From an uncultured Alphaproteobacteria bacterium (GTDB lineage Bacteria > Pseudomonadota > Alphaproteobacteria > Geminicoccales > Geminicoccaceae): 52,473 nucleotides of DNA. Within the stretch, counting starts at the first letter, position 1. Every line of letters starts with the position of its first letter. The stretch lies in the NCBI GenBank assembly GCA_937926445.1, contig CALBAK010000064.1, positions 1-52,473 of the forward strand, in the 5' to 3' direction. A program made the position numbers and the translations under genes. Below, piece by piece: positions 43,047-52,473 of this stretch. Below the pieces are notes generated by a model. The model was not told the origin of the DNA. It saw nothing but the letters and a program-made list of their open reading frames with translations, and made no database searches.

Positions 43047-45584
43047 ATGGCATTCAAGCGCTTCGTCGACCGCCTCCCGATCATCCCCAACGATGCCAAG
43101 GAGCACACCGCGGTCTGCCACTACTGTATCGTCGGATGTGGCTACAAGGCCTACACCTGGGACGTCAACCGCCAGGGCGGCCCCGCGCCGGGTGAGAACA
43201 AGTTCGGCGTCGACCTCGCGAAGCAGCAAGCCGCCGAGACACCGGCTTGGTACAGCCCGTCGATGTACAACATCGTCAAGCAGAACGGGCGCGACGTCCA
43301 TCTCGTCATCAAGCCCGATCCGAACTGCGTCGTGAACTCCGGGCTCGGCTCGATCCGGGGTGCTCGGATGGCCGAGATGTCCTACAGCCGGACGACCCAG
43401 ACCCAGCAGCAGCGCCTGACCGATCCGATGGTCTGGCGCTACGGCCAAATGCAGCCGACCTCGTGGGACGACGCCCTCGATCTCGTCGCCCGGGTGACGG
43501 CGGCCGTCATCAAGGAGCAAGGGGAAGACGGCGTCTTCGTGTCGGTGTTCGACCATGGTGGCGCGGGCGGTGGCTACGAGAACACCTGGGGCACCGGCAA
43601 GCTCTATTTCGGCGCCATGAAAATCAGGAACATCCGTATCCACAACCGTCCGGCCTACAATTCCGAGGTCCACGCGAGCCGCGACATGGGCGTGGGCGAA
43701 CTCAACAACGCCTACGAGGACGCCGAACTCTGCGACACGATCGTGGCGATCGGCTGCAACCCGCTCGAGACGCAGACCAACTATTTCCTGAACCACTGGG
43801 TTCCGAATCTTCGGGGCGCCACGCTCGACAAGAAAAAGCGGCTCATGCCCGACGAGCCGCACGACAAGGCCAAGATCATCATCGTCGACCCACGCCGCAC
43901 CGTCACCGTGTCGGCCTGCGAGGCCGAGGCCGGCAAGGAGAACGTCCTCCACCTAGCGCTGAAGTCGGGTACCGACCTGGCGCTGTTCAACGCTATTTTT
44001 ACGTACATCGCCGACAAAGGGTGGGTCGACAGAGAGTTCATCGAGAAGAGCACGCTGCGCACCCCGGCGGCGCGGCCGCCGCTCTTCCCGGCACGCGGTG
44101 TGAGCGACGAGAAGCCCGGCCATCTCACGAGCTTCGAGGCGGCCGTCGAGGGCTGTCGGATCTCGATCGAAGAGGCCGCCAAGATCACCGGCCTCGCACC
44201 CGCCGACATCGTCAAGGCGGCCGAGTGGATCGCCATGCCCAAGGCCGGTGGCAAGCGGCGCCGGACGATGTTCGGGTACGAGAAGGGCATCATTTGGGGT
44301 AACGACAACTACCGCACCAACGGTGCCATCGTGAACGTGGCGCTCGCGACCGGTAATGTCGGTCGTCTGGGTGGCGGCGTCGTTCGTCTCGGCGGCCACC
44401 AGGAGGGTTATGTTCGCCCGTCCGATGCGCACGTCGGGCGGCCGGCGGCCTACGTCGACCAGCTCCTGATCAGCGGCCGCGGCGGCGTCCATCACATCTG
44501 GGGCTGCGACCACTACAAGACCACCCTCAATGCGGACCAGTTCAAGCGCGTCTACAAGCGCCGCACCGACATGGTGAAGGATGCCATGAACTCGGTCCCC
44601 GCCGGCGATCGCGACGCCCTCGTCAACGCGATCATGGTGGCGATCCGGCAGGGTGGCCTGTTCGCGGTCGACGTCGACATCGTGCCGTCGAAGATCGGCC
44701 AGGCCTGCCACGTCTGGCTGCCCGCGGCGACCCAGGGCGAGATGAATCTCACCTCGATGAACGGCGAGCGCCGGATGCGGATCACCGAACGGTACATGGA
44801 TCCTCCGGGCCAGGCGATGCCGGACTGCCTGATCGCAGCACGGCTCGCAAATCACCTGGAGCGCGTCTTCCGGGCCATGGGCGACGCCGCCTATGCAGAC
44901 AAATTCAAGGGTTTCGACTGGAAGACCGAGGAAGACGCGTTCATGGACGGCTACCACCAGCACGCGCCGGGTGGGAAGTTCGTCACCTACGAGCGGCTGC
45001 GGGCGATGGGGACCAACGGCTTCCAAGAGCCGGCGGTCGATTTCAAGGACGGCAAGATCATCGGGACTCCGCGTCTTTACGTCGACGGCGTCTTCTCGAC
45101 ACCCGACGGCAAGGCGCGGTTCATGGACGCGCCCTGGCGCGGTCTCCAGGCGGCCGGCAAAACCGAACAGCAGGCGCGCTTCCCGTTCCTGATCAACAAC
45201 GGGCGTGCCAACCACGTCTGGCAAAGCGCGTACCTCGATCAGAAGAACGACCTGGTCATCGACCGGTGGCCGCATGCCTTCATCGAAATGAATCCCGACG
45301 ACATGAAGGAGCTCGGTATCCAGGCGGGTGATCTGGTCGAAATCGTCAACGATGCCGGCTCGACTCAGGCAATGGCCTACCCGACGCCGACGGCCAAGCG
45401 GCGCGAGACCTTCATGCTGTTCGGCTACCCGAACGGCGTGATGGGCAACGTCACGAACGCCGGCGTCAACGAGCTAGTCATTCCCAACTACAAGCAGACC
45501 TGGGCGAACATTCGGAAGCTCGCCTCGGCACCGGAAGGTGCCCGCCACATCAGTTTCAAAGATCAGCATTACCGTTCTGCCTGA
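43047..45584 (+). CDS. aioA: arsenite oxidase large (molybdopterin, 3Fe-4S) subunit
   Basis: ATG 43047 (M45 of track ORF 42915, GGGAGGAA RBS). MAFKRFVDRLPIIPNDAKEHTAVCHYCIVGCGY..., collinear with AioA to the C-terminus ...HISFKDQHYRSA. 845 aa. Confidence 0.9.
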   Translation: MAFKRFVDRLPIIPNDAKEHTAVCHYCIVGCGYKAYTWDVNRQGGPAPGENKFGVDLAKQQAAETPAWYSPSMYNIVKQNGRDVHLVIKPDPNCVVNSGLGSIRGARMAEMSYSRTTQTQQQRLTDPMVWRYGQMQPTSWDDALDLVARVTAAVIKEQGEDGVFVSVFDHGGAGGGYENTWGTGKLYFGAMKIRNIRIHNRPAYNSEVHASRDMGVGELNNAYEDAELCDTIVAIGCNPLETQTNYFLNHWVPNLRGATLDKKKRLMPDEPHDKAKIIIVDPRRTVTVSACEAEAGKENVLHLALKSGTDLALFNAIFTYIADKGWVDREFIEKSTLRTPAARPPLFPARGVSDEKPGHLTSFEAAVEGCRISIEEAAKITGLAPADIVKAAEWIAMPKAGGKRRRTMFGYEKGIIWGNDNYRTNGAIVNVALATGNVGRLGGGVVRLGGHQEGYVRPSDAHVGRPAAYVDQLLISGRGGVHHIWGCDHYKTTLNADQFKRVYKRRTDMVKDAMNSVPAGDRDALVNAIMVAIRQGGLFAVDVDIVPSKIGQACHVWLPAATQGEMNLTSMNGERRMRITERYMDPPGQAMPDCLIAARLANHLERVFRAMGDAAYADKFKGFDWKTEEDAFMDGYHQHAPGGKFVTYERLRAMGTNGFQEPAVDFKDGKIIGTPRLYVDGVFSTPDGKARFMDAPWRGLQAAGKTEQQARFPFLINNGRANHVWQSAYLDQKNDLVIDRWPHAFIEMNPDDMKELGIQAGDLVEIVNDAGSTQAMAYPTPTAKRRETFMLFGYPNGVMGNVTNAGVNELVIPNYKQTWANIRKLASAPEGARHISFKDQHYRSA

Positions 45585-45623
45585 TCGCCTCTCGGCAATC
45601 GTGGTTCGTTAGGGTAAGTATGG

Positions 45624-45658
45624 CAGCGGCCCGGGTCTCGGGCCGCTGTCAACGTTTT
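45624..45658 (+). terminator. candidate rho-independent terminator downstream of aioA
   Basis: Perfect 10-bp stem CAGCGGCCCG-ggtct-CGGGCCGCTG at 45624-45648, followed by tcaacgTTTTg. The U-tract is short and 6 nt away from the stem. Confidence 0.4.
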
Positions 45659-45701
45659 GCAACCCTGGCCTTTTAGCGGGATTCCGTCCGAAGGGGGTCG
45701 A

Positions 45702-46075
45702 ATGCACGATCGAGCGGCGGTCGAAGCCTCGGCGGTACTCGCGCAGGAAACGAGGCTCTGGGTTGGTCGAACCCCGATCGGCGCCGGACGCGGCGGGTAT
45801 CGGCGAGCGAGCTCGCGCAGAGGGCCGCGGTTCCCGCCTCGACCCTCTCGTTCCACCTGGAGCGTCTCGAGCGGGCGGGTCTCTTCGGCGCCTGTCGGCG
45901 GGGCCGCCAGATCCTCTACACCGCGGAACTCGAGAAGATGCGCCGGCTGCTCGCCTTCCTGACCGGTAATTGTCGCGGCGGCCGTCCGGAGCTCTGCGGC
46001 GGGCTCGTGCGGGCCTTCGAGGCGTCCGGTCCCGCCGCAACGCACCTGCCCGCCAAAGCGAGGAGTTGCAGCTGA
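45702..46075 (+). pseudogene. ArsR/SmtB-family regulator, apparently frameshifted
   Basis: ATG 45702 (AAGGGGG RBS) opens MHDRAAVEASAVLAQETRL (compare ArsR ALADPTRL). About 50 nt later the recognisable wHTH continues in another frame: SELAQRAAVPASTLSFHLERLERAGLFGACRRGRQILY...NCRGGRPELCGG, ending at TGA 46073-46075, which overlaps the arsC ATG. No single frame spans both parts, and the second frame has no start codon. Confidence 0.35.
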
Positions 46076-46584
46076 TGGATCGGCCCTACAACGTCCTTTT
46101 CCTATGCACCGGCAACTCTGCCCGCTCGATCATGGCCGAGTGTGCACTCGGCCGCTGGGGCGCCGGCCGCTTCAAAGCTTATTCCGCGGGAAGCCACCCG
46201 ACCGGCATCGTTCACCCGCTCACCATCGAGACGCTGCGGAGCCTCAATTACGACACGAGCGGCCTTCGCTCGAAGAGCTGGGACGAGTTCTCGGCTCCCG
46301 GCGCACCTCAAATCGACTTCGTGTTTACCGTCTGCGATCGAGCCTCGGCGGAGGTCTGCCCGGTCTGGCCCGGCCGGCCGCTCACTGCACATTGGGGCGT
46401 GGAAGACCCGGTCGCTTTCGAGGGAACCGAAGCCGAACGCCTCGCCTTTTTCCGCCGCGTCTACGGTCATCTCGAGAACCGCATCAAGATCTTCGTGAGT
46501 CTCCCGATCGCCTCGCTCGATCGGCCCTCGCTCCAGAAGCGACTCGACGAGATCGGTCGCACCGCACCAACCGCCGAAGCCTGA
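46075..46584 (+). CDS. arsC: arsenate reductase, LMW-PTP/thioredoxin-coupled type
   Basis: ATG 46075 (M36 of track ORF 45970, GAGGAG RBS). CTGNSARSIMAE P-loop (CX5R), CDRASAEVCP second cysteine pair. 169 aa. Confidence 0.85.
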   Translation: MDRPYNVLFLCTGNSARSIMAECALGRWGAGRFKAYSAGSHPTGIVHPLTIETLRSLNYDTSGLRSKSWDEFSAPGAPQIDFVFTVCDRASAEVCPVWPGRPLTAHWGVEDPVAFEGTEAERLAFFRRVYGHLENRIKIFVSLPIASLDRPSLQKRLDEIGRTAPTAEA

Positions 46585-46674
46585 AGCGTCGTACCTGGCT
46601 TCGACCTTCCCCGTTGCCTCGCACCCGGCCTCCTCGGCACCGGGTCGCTCGTCTGCGCCCTCGGCTCCGGGACG

Positions 46675-47283
46675 ATGGCCGAGCGGCTCGCAGCCGGGAA
46701 CCCAGCCCTCGCGCTGGTCGGCAACACCGCGGCGACGGGCGCGATCCTCGCGGTCCTCATTTTGATCTTGGGGCTCACCTCGGGCGCGCGCATGAGTTCG
46801 GCCGTCTCGCGCGCCATGGCAGGGCGTGGGGCGATCCCGGCGCGCGAGGCCGCGGCCTATGTCGTCGTGCAGGCGCTCGATGGGGTCGCGGGCACGATGG
46901 CGGCGCATTTCGTGTTCGAGCTGCCGCTCCCCCAGCTCGGCGGTGCCGTCAGGACCGGGTTCGGCCAGTGGGCCGCCGAGTTCGTAGCGAGCTTCGGCCT
47001 GCTCGCGACGATCCTGGGCTGTCTGCGCTTCGCACTGGACACGGTCGCCCCGGCAGTCGCGCTCTACATCACCTCGGCGTCCTGGTTCACGAGTTCGACG
47101 AGCTTCGCCGATCAGGCAGTCACCCTCGCCGGCGCCCTCTCCGACACCTTAACGGGGATCCGGCCGGTCGACCTTCCCGCCTTCTGGCTCCCGCAGATCG
47201 CCGGTGCCGCGGCCGCCGTCGTCGTCTTCGAATGGTTGCTCGCAGACCGTCGCGCCACGGACCCTCGCGCCGACGGCGGCTGA
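46675..47283 (+). CDS. MIP/aquaporin-like channel with degenerate NPA motifs; reading frame open from the arsC stop codon
   Basis: Track ORF 202 aa. It aligns to AqpZ from helix 2 onward, with SGARMSSAVS in place of SGxHxNPAVT and TSSTSFADQ in place of NPAR. The 30 codons upstream (46585-46674) are open in the same frame, have no start codon, and encode an AqpZ-like helix 1 (RCLAPGLLGTGSLVCALGSG). That frame is also the arsC frame, separated only by TGA 46582-46584. Confidence 0.5.
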   Translation: MAERLAAGNPALALVGNTAATGAILAVLILILGLTSGARMSSAVSRAMAGRGAIPAREAAAYVVVQALDGVAGTMAAHFVFELPLPQLGGAVRTGFGQWAAEFVASFGLLATILGCLRFALDTVAPAVALYITSASWFTSSTSFADQAVTLAGALSDTLTGIRPVDLPAFWLPQIAGAAAAVVVFEWLLADRRATDPRADGG

Positions 47284-47421
47284 TTCTCGCCACGCTCCCG
47301 ACGGGCTGCGTGCCGCTTCGCTGCTCGCCGGCTTGAAGCGACCGGGGATATCCTGCCTCGAGCCCCGAGCCGAACTTAGGGGCCCCGATCGCCGCACTCT
47401 GGCGCAACGGCTGCCGACCCC

Positions 47422-48626
47422 TCACTCCCTTCGCAGCGCCTCGATCGGATCCAGCCGCGCCGCCCGGCGGGCGGGCACAAAGCCGAAGAGGATCCCTATC
47501 GCCGCGGAGAAGGCGAAGGCGCCCGCTAGCACGGTCGGATCGACTCGCAGCGGCACCGAAAGCGCCTCCGTCACCCCCCAAGCGACCACCAGGCCGAGCA
47601 CCACCCCGATCACCCCGCCCACGGCCGAGAGCGCGACCGCCTCTACCAGAAATTGCGCCATCACCTGGCCCTCGAGCGCGCCGATCGCCAAGCGAATGCC
47701 AATCTCGCGTGTGCGCTCGGTGACCGAGACCAGCATGATGTTCATGATTCCGATCCCGCCCACCACGAGGCTCACCGCCGCCACGAAGCCCAGGACTGCG
47801 GTGAGTGCCCCGCTCGTCGTCTGCACGGTGCGGACGAGCTCGCGCATGTCGCGCACCGAGAAATCGTCCTCCTCGAGCGGGCCGATCTTGCGCCGCTCGC
47901 GCAACAGCCGCTCGAGCTCGCCCTGCACGCGTGCGGTGTCGACCCCCTCCTTGGCTGCCACGTAAATCCTCGGGATCTCGGTATTGCCGGAAAGTCTGCG
48001 CTGGAAGGCGCGCAACGGCATCACCACCGTATCGTCCAGGTCTGTGCCGAAGCTCGACTGGCCTTTCGATTCGAGCACGCCCACGACCTCGCACGGTACC
48101 TTCTTGACCCGGATCGTCCGGCCGATCGGGTCGCCTCCGCCGAAGAGCGCCTCCTTCACGGTCGTACCGAGGACGCACGCGGCGCGGCCGGAGCGAATCT
48201 CGCCGTCCAGGAAGAACCGGCCCGAATCGAGCTCCCAGTCTTGCACGGTGAACAAGGCGTTGTCGGTGCCGGTCACGGTCGTGATCCTGCTGTTGCCGCC
48301 CCAGAGCACGGTCGCCGGCAACTGCGCCACCGGGGCCACGGCCTCGATCCCGCCAACTTGCTCGCGGATCGCCTGCACGTCGCGGTCGGTGAAGGAGCGT
48401 GCCGACACGCTCGCGCGCCCGGGCCCGACCTGGCCGGGCAGCACGAAGAGCACGTTGGTGCCGAGGCGAGCGAGATCGGCCGTCACCCGCGCCTGCGTGC
48501 CGCGGCCGATCGTGACCATCGCGATCACGGCTGCCACCCCGATCACGATCCCGAGCACGGTCAGGAACGAGCGCAGCGTGTTGCGCCGGATCGCCCGCAG
48601 TGCCAGCCGCAGCGCTTCCGCCAGCA

Positions 48627-48627
<1 letters not shown>
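47422..48627 (-). CDS. MacB/FtsX-type ABC transporter permease (stand-alone permease with large periplasmic domain)
   Basis: Track ORF 401 aa. N-terminal TM, a roughly 200-aa periplasmic MacB_PCD-like domain, then 3 TM helices of an FtsX domain. Confidence 0.8.
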
Positions 48628-49330
<703 letters not shown>

Positions 49331-49334
<4 letters not shown>

Positions 49335-50611
49335 CCCTGCCGACGCGGCATGACCGCGTCCGTCACCACCCGATCCCCGGGCCCGAGGCCGCTCGCTACC
49401 ATCGTCCTTCTGCCGTCGGTGGGTCCGATGACGACCCGAACCGCCTCCGGACGCTCGCCTCTGAGTATCCAAAGCGTACGCTCGGGGCCCGTCTCCTCGG
49501 GTCGGCTCGCCTGGCGGAAGCGCGGCATCATCGGCATGAAGGCCCGTAGCAAGCTGGGCCGCTCGGCCGCTTCTTCGGCCGGCGGGGTGAACCGGAGCGC
49601 GGCGTTCGGCACGAGCACCGCGTCCTCGACCCGCTGCACCGCGATCTCGGCCGTGGCGGTCATGCCCGGTCGCAACAGGAGCTCGCGATTGTCGACATCG
49701 AGAACGGCCATGTAGGTCACCACCCCGGCCCGGATCTCGGAGGCGAAGCGGACATCGCGAATCGTGGCCGGGAACTTGCGATCAGGAAAGGCATCGACCG
49801 TGAAGGTTGCGGGCTGGCCGGGCCGCACCTGGCCGACATCCGCCTCGTCGACATCGACCTGCACCTCCACCTGCGCGAGATCCTCGGCGATCGTGAACAG
49901 CCTCGGGGCCTGCAGGGTCGCCGCCACGGTCTGGCCGGGATCGACGGTCTTCTGCAGCACGACCCCGTCGATCGGCGCCACGATCGCGGCCTTGTCGAGG
50001 TCGACCTCGGCGAGCCGGAGCTCGGCTTCGGCGACCGCGACGTCCGCCGTTGCCGTCGCGAGCGCCGCCTTCGCCCGGGCGTACGCAGCTTCGGCGAGGT
50101 CGAGCTCGGACGGCGGGGCGACCCGGCGCGTCACGAGTTCCCGCTTGCGCTCGAGATCGCGCGTCTTCTCGGCGAGTGTCGCCTCGGCCTCGATCACCTT
50201 GGCGCGCGCCGCCTCGAGCCGGGCGGAGGCGCTCGCCCGCCGAGCCTCGAGCCGAGCGGTATCGAGCCGAGCCAACACCTGACCCTTCTCGACCCGACTG
50301 TTGAAGTCGACGAACACCTCGCGGACGATGCCGGAGAGCTCGCTCGAAACTTCGACGACCCGCCGCGGCTGCACGGTGCCGGTCGCGGTCACGGTCACGG
50401 TGAGCGTGCCCTTCTCGGCCGGCACCGCCACCCAGCGGATCCCGCCATCGGCCGGTCGGGCGAGCCACCAGGCCAGAGCGCCGACCAGCAGGAGGCCGAG
50501 GACCGCGAGCAGGACCCGCCGGAGCCGCCGCCGGCGCAGTCGGGCGAGTGCCGCATCGCCCAGCACCGCCTCGATCTTCGCATCGAGCTCTTCGGCCGTC
50601 GCGACCGCCAT
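49331..50611 (-). CDS. HlyD/MacA-family periplasmic adaptor subunit
   Basis: ATG 50611 (M50 of track ORF 49331..50758, GAGGGG RBS). N-terminal TM anchor, long coiled coil (EARRASASARLEAARAKVIEAEATLAEK...), beta-barrel/MP domains. Confidence 0.8.
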
Positions 50612-50802
50612 CGCACCCCTCGCCGGCGACCGTCGGGCCTGCGCACCCGCGGCGCTTCGCGATCTCCTCATATAGGATCCGGGCCAGCGTTCCGTCGACC
50701 GCCCCATTGCCGCGGCGGACGGCGGCGAGGACGGCGCGGTTGCGGCCCGGGCCGCCACCTTCTAGGACGCCTGGAGAGCCGTGTCGGGAGGGATGAGGCC
50801 CG

Positions 50803-51870
50803 ATGGCCCGCAGCGACCTTCTGGTCTCGCTCGTCCGCGCCGCTGTCGCCGGCGATCAGGGACGCATCCGCGCGACGGCCGAGGCGCTGGCCGCCGACGA
50901 GCGCGCCAAGAACCACCATCTCCTCGCCGATCGCCTGCAGCAGGCCCTCTCGGCGGTCGCGCTGAGCAGCGCGCCTGCAGGTGCTGCAGCGACCCCGGCG
51001 CACGGCAAAGAGGCGATCCTCGAGAGCACACCCCGCATCCGGCTCGACGAGCTCTTCCTGACGCTTCCGGTACGCGAGGCCGCGCGCCAGCTCGTGGAGG
51101 AGCACGCCCGCGCCGATGTGTTGCGCGCGCACGGGCTCGAGCCGCGGCATCGGGTGCTGCTTTCGGGGCCGCCCGGCAACGGCAAGACCTCCTTCGCGGA
51201 AGCCGTCGCGGAGGCCCTTGCGCTGCCGATGTTCGTCGTGCGTTACGATGTCCTCGTCGGGAGTTATCTGGGTGAAACGAACTCCCGGCTCCGACGGCTG
51301 TTCGATTACGTCAGGACGACGCCTTGTGTCCTATTCTTCGACGAATTCGATGCGCTCGGCAAAGAACGCGGCGACATCCACGAGACCGGCGAGATCAAGC
51401 GCGTCGTGTCCTTCCTCTTGATGCAGATCGACCAGCTGCCGAGCTGGACGATCGTGGTCGCCGCCACCAACCACGCCGAGCTCCTGGACCGCGCGGTCTG
51501 GCGTCGGTTCCAGCTCCGGCTCGCCTTCCCCGCCCCGGGCCCCGCCGAGATCGCGGACTTCCTGGGCAAGGTGATGGCCTCCTGGCCGGAGCGGCCCCGC
51601 GCCGCGCCCGCTGCGATCGCGCGTAGGCTCGGTGCGGTGAGCTACGCCGAAGCCCGCGATTTCTGCCTCGACGTCCGTCGGCGCGTCGTCCTCGGCCTCG
51701 GCGAGGTCGGGATCGACGCGGCGCTCGAGGCGGAACTGCGGACCTGGGAGGCTCGCGTGCGACCGGAGAGCGGCGATGGCGGAGGAACCCGCGTTTCCAC
51801 CCCTGCGCGTCGAGCCCGGAAGCGAGAAACCGAGGGAAAAGGGGAAACCTCGCGGGGTCCAGGGACCTGA
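50803..51870 (+). CDS. classical-clade AAA+ ATPase with about 120-aa N-terminal helical domain
   Basis: Track ORF 355 aa. Walker A GPPGNGKTSFA, GSYLGETNSRLRRLFD, Walker B VLFFDEFDALG, second region of homology IVVAATNHAELLDRAVWRRFQLRLAFPAP. Low-complexity C-terminal tail. Confidence 0.75.
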   Translation: MARSDLLVSLVRAAVAGDQGRIRATAEALAADERAKNHHLLADRLQQALSAVALSSAPAGAAATPAHGKEAILESTPRIRLDELFLTLPVREAARQLVEEHARADVLRAHGLEPRHRVLLSGPPGNGKTSFAEAVAEALALPMFVVRYDVLVGSYLGETNSRLRRLFDYVRTTPCVLFFDEFDALGKERGDIHETGEIKRVVSFLLMQIDQLPSWTIVVAATNHAELLDRAVWRRFQLRLAFPAPGPAEIADFLGKVMASWPERPRAAPAAIARRLGAVSYAEARDFCLDVRRRVVLGLGEVGIDAALEAELRTWEARVRPESGDGGGTRVSTPARRARKRETEGKGETSRGPGT

Positions 51871-52473
51871 GCCTTTTCCGGCCGATCGCCAACGAACGGA
51901 GATTGGCTCGAAGTTCGCGCGTCTCGCGGAAGTCCTGGCCCGCGACCCCTCGGGCCTCGAGCTCAAAGCCGATCCAACGGGCCTTGCACCCGAACGGCTT
52001 CTCGTCCTCGAAGTCCGCGGAGCGATCGCGGATTTCGCCAACGCCGTCCGACGCATCCAGGGGCTCGAATTGTTCGACGAGGAAGAGCTCGACGGCGACG
52101 AGCTCGACAAGGCGCCGGTGCTCTATCTCCTGTTCCCCGACGTGCGGGCACTACGCGAACTCTGCTCGCTGTGGCTGCGCTGGTCGCGCGGCGAGGAACT
52201 CGGGTGGGGCTTCGGTCCGTGGAAAGATTTGTTCGAGCTCTTGCGGGATCTCCGGCCCTGGGGTCCGAAAGATCGCCTTACCGACCAGGAACGCGCCCGC
52301 ATCCTGGAAGCGATCGAAGGAGCCGATGCGGACACCCGCACCCGCCTCGAGATCGAACTCGTCTTCCGTCCCGAGCCCGACGCGTCGAAAGCGCGCGACG
52401 AGATCTTGGGGCTGGTGCTGCGCTCGGACGGACGCGTGGTCGACAAAGCGCGCATCGAGGAGATCGCCTACGA
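51776..52473 (+). CDS. hypothetical protein (N-terminal 232 aa only; continues beyond window)
   Basis: ATG 51776 with GGAGAG RBS and good GC3 bias. The frame stays open to the window end, so it is not in the ORF track: MAEEPAFPPLRVEPGSEKPREKGKP...LELFDEEELDGDELDKAPVLYLLFPDVRALRELCSLWLRW...GWGFGPWKDLFELL.... No family recognised. Overlaps the AAA gene 3' end by 95 nt in the +1 frame. Confidence 0.4.
   Translation, partial: MAEEPAFPPLRVEPGSEKPREKGKPRGVQGPEPFPADRQRTEIGSKFARLAEVLARDPSGLELKADPTGLAPERLLVLEVRGAIADFANAVRRIQGLELFDEEELDGDELDKAPVLYLLFPDVRALRELCSLWLRWSRGEELGWGFGPWKDLFELLRDLRPWGPKDRLTDQERARILEAIEGADADTRTRLEIELVFRPEPDASKARDEILGLVLRSDGRVVDKARIEEIAY

Noticed and set aside
45763-45969. 68-aa TTG-initiated ORF in a third frame inside the arsR-like region.
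   Set aside because: Its translation (SGLVEPRSAPDAAGIGERARAEG...) has no ArsR features. The ArsR-like signal is split between the other two frames.

Overview
High-GC (~68-70%) window that looks alphaproteobacterial, supported by the tRNA-Arg(CCG) and tRNA-Leu(CAA) sequences and an aioA near-collinear with Rhizobium NT-26 AioA. Most long six-frame ORFs are antisense artefacts; the genes called below were chosen on family-level similarity, GC3 bias, RBS and start/stop logic.

Gene content, left to right:
- xsc (3' partial) is divergent from a D-2-hydroxyacid dehydrogenase.
- A secreted phytase-like esterase is frameshifted in a T7 run.
- An Uup-like ABC-F ATPase follows.
- A pcaB-like class II fumarate-lyase gene has tRNA-Arg(CCG) directly upstream.
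- A zf-CHCC protein precedes a MATE efflux pseudogene carrying an in-frame TAA and a frameshift.
- ppgK-like ROK kinase, CelD-like GNAT, phaC, a DMT transporter, a Sua5/TsaC-type gene, purD and ilvA come next.
- A pseudo-receiver protein sits upstream of rpoE-chrR, followed by uppP.
- An SDR, E1alpha, E1beta and lipoyl-carrier operon has no E2 catalytic domain.
- A BMP-family substrate-binding protein, an MBL hydrolase and tRNA-Leu(CAA) follow.
- SPFH and NfeD domains lie in one continuous ORF.
- YqaA, a DsbB-like protein and a tandem USP come next.
- A long co-directional minus-strand array runs CDP-alcohol phosphatidyltransferase, pssA, psd, FkbM methyltransferase, class III cyclase, cNMP-binding protein, and an ABC-like protein with a degenerate, internally triplicated NBD. 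It continues into a histidine kinase / OmpR-family regulator pair, and many junctions are 4-nt start/stop overlaps.
- A divergent Tat-secreted EF-hand protein, prpE, aioB and aioA follow.
- The arsenic tail has an arsR-like frameshifted remnant, arsC, and an aquaporin-like ORF in frame with arsC across a single TGA.
- A MacA / split-MacB efflux system follows.
- A classical AAA ATPase overlaps a partial unknown ORF at the window end.

The best candidate for an undescribed system is the translationally coupled ABC-like / cNMP-binding / cyclase / FkbM module next to the two-component system. Secondary candidates are the arsC-aquaporin in-frame pair, the SPFH-NfeD fusion and the AAA ATPase pair at the window end.
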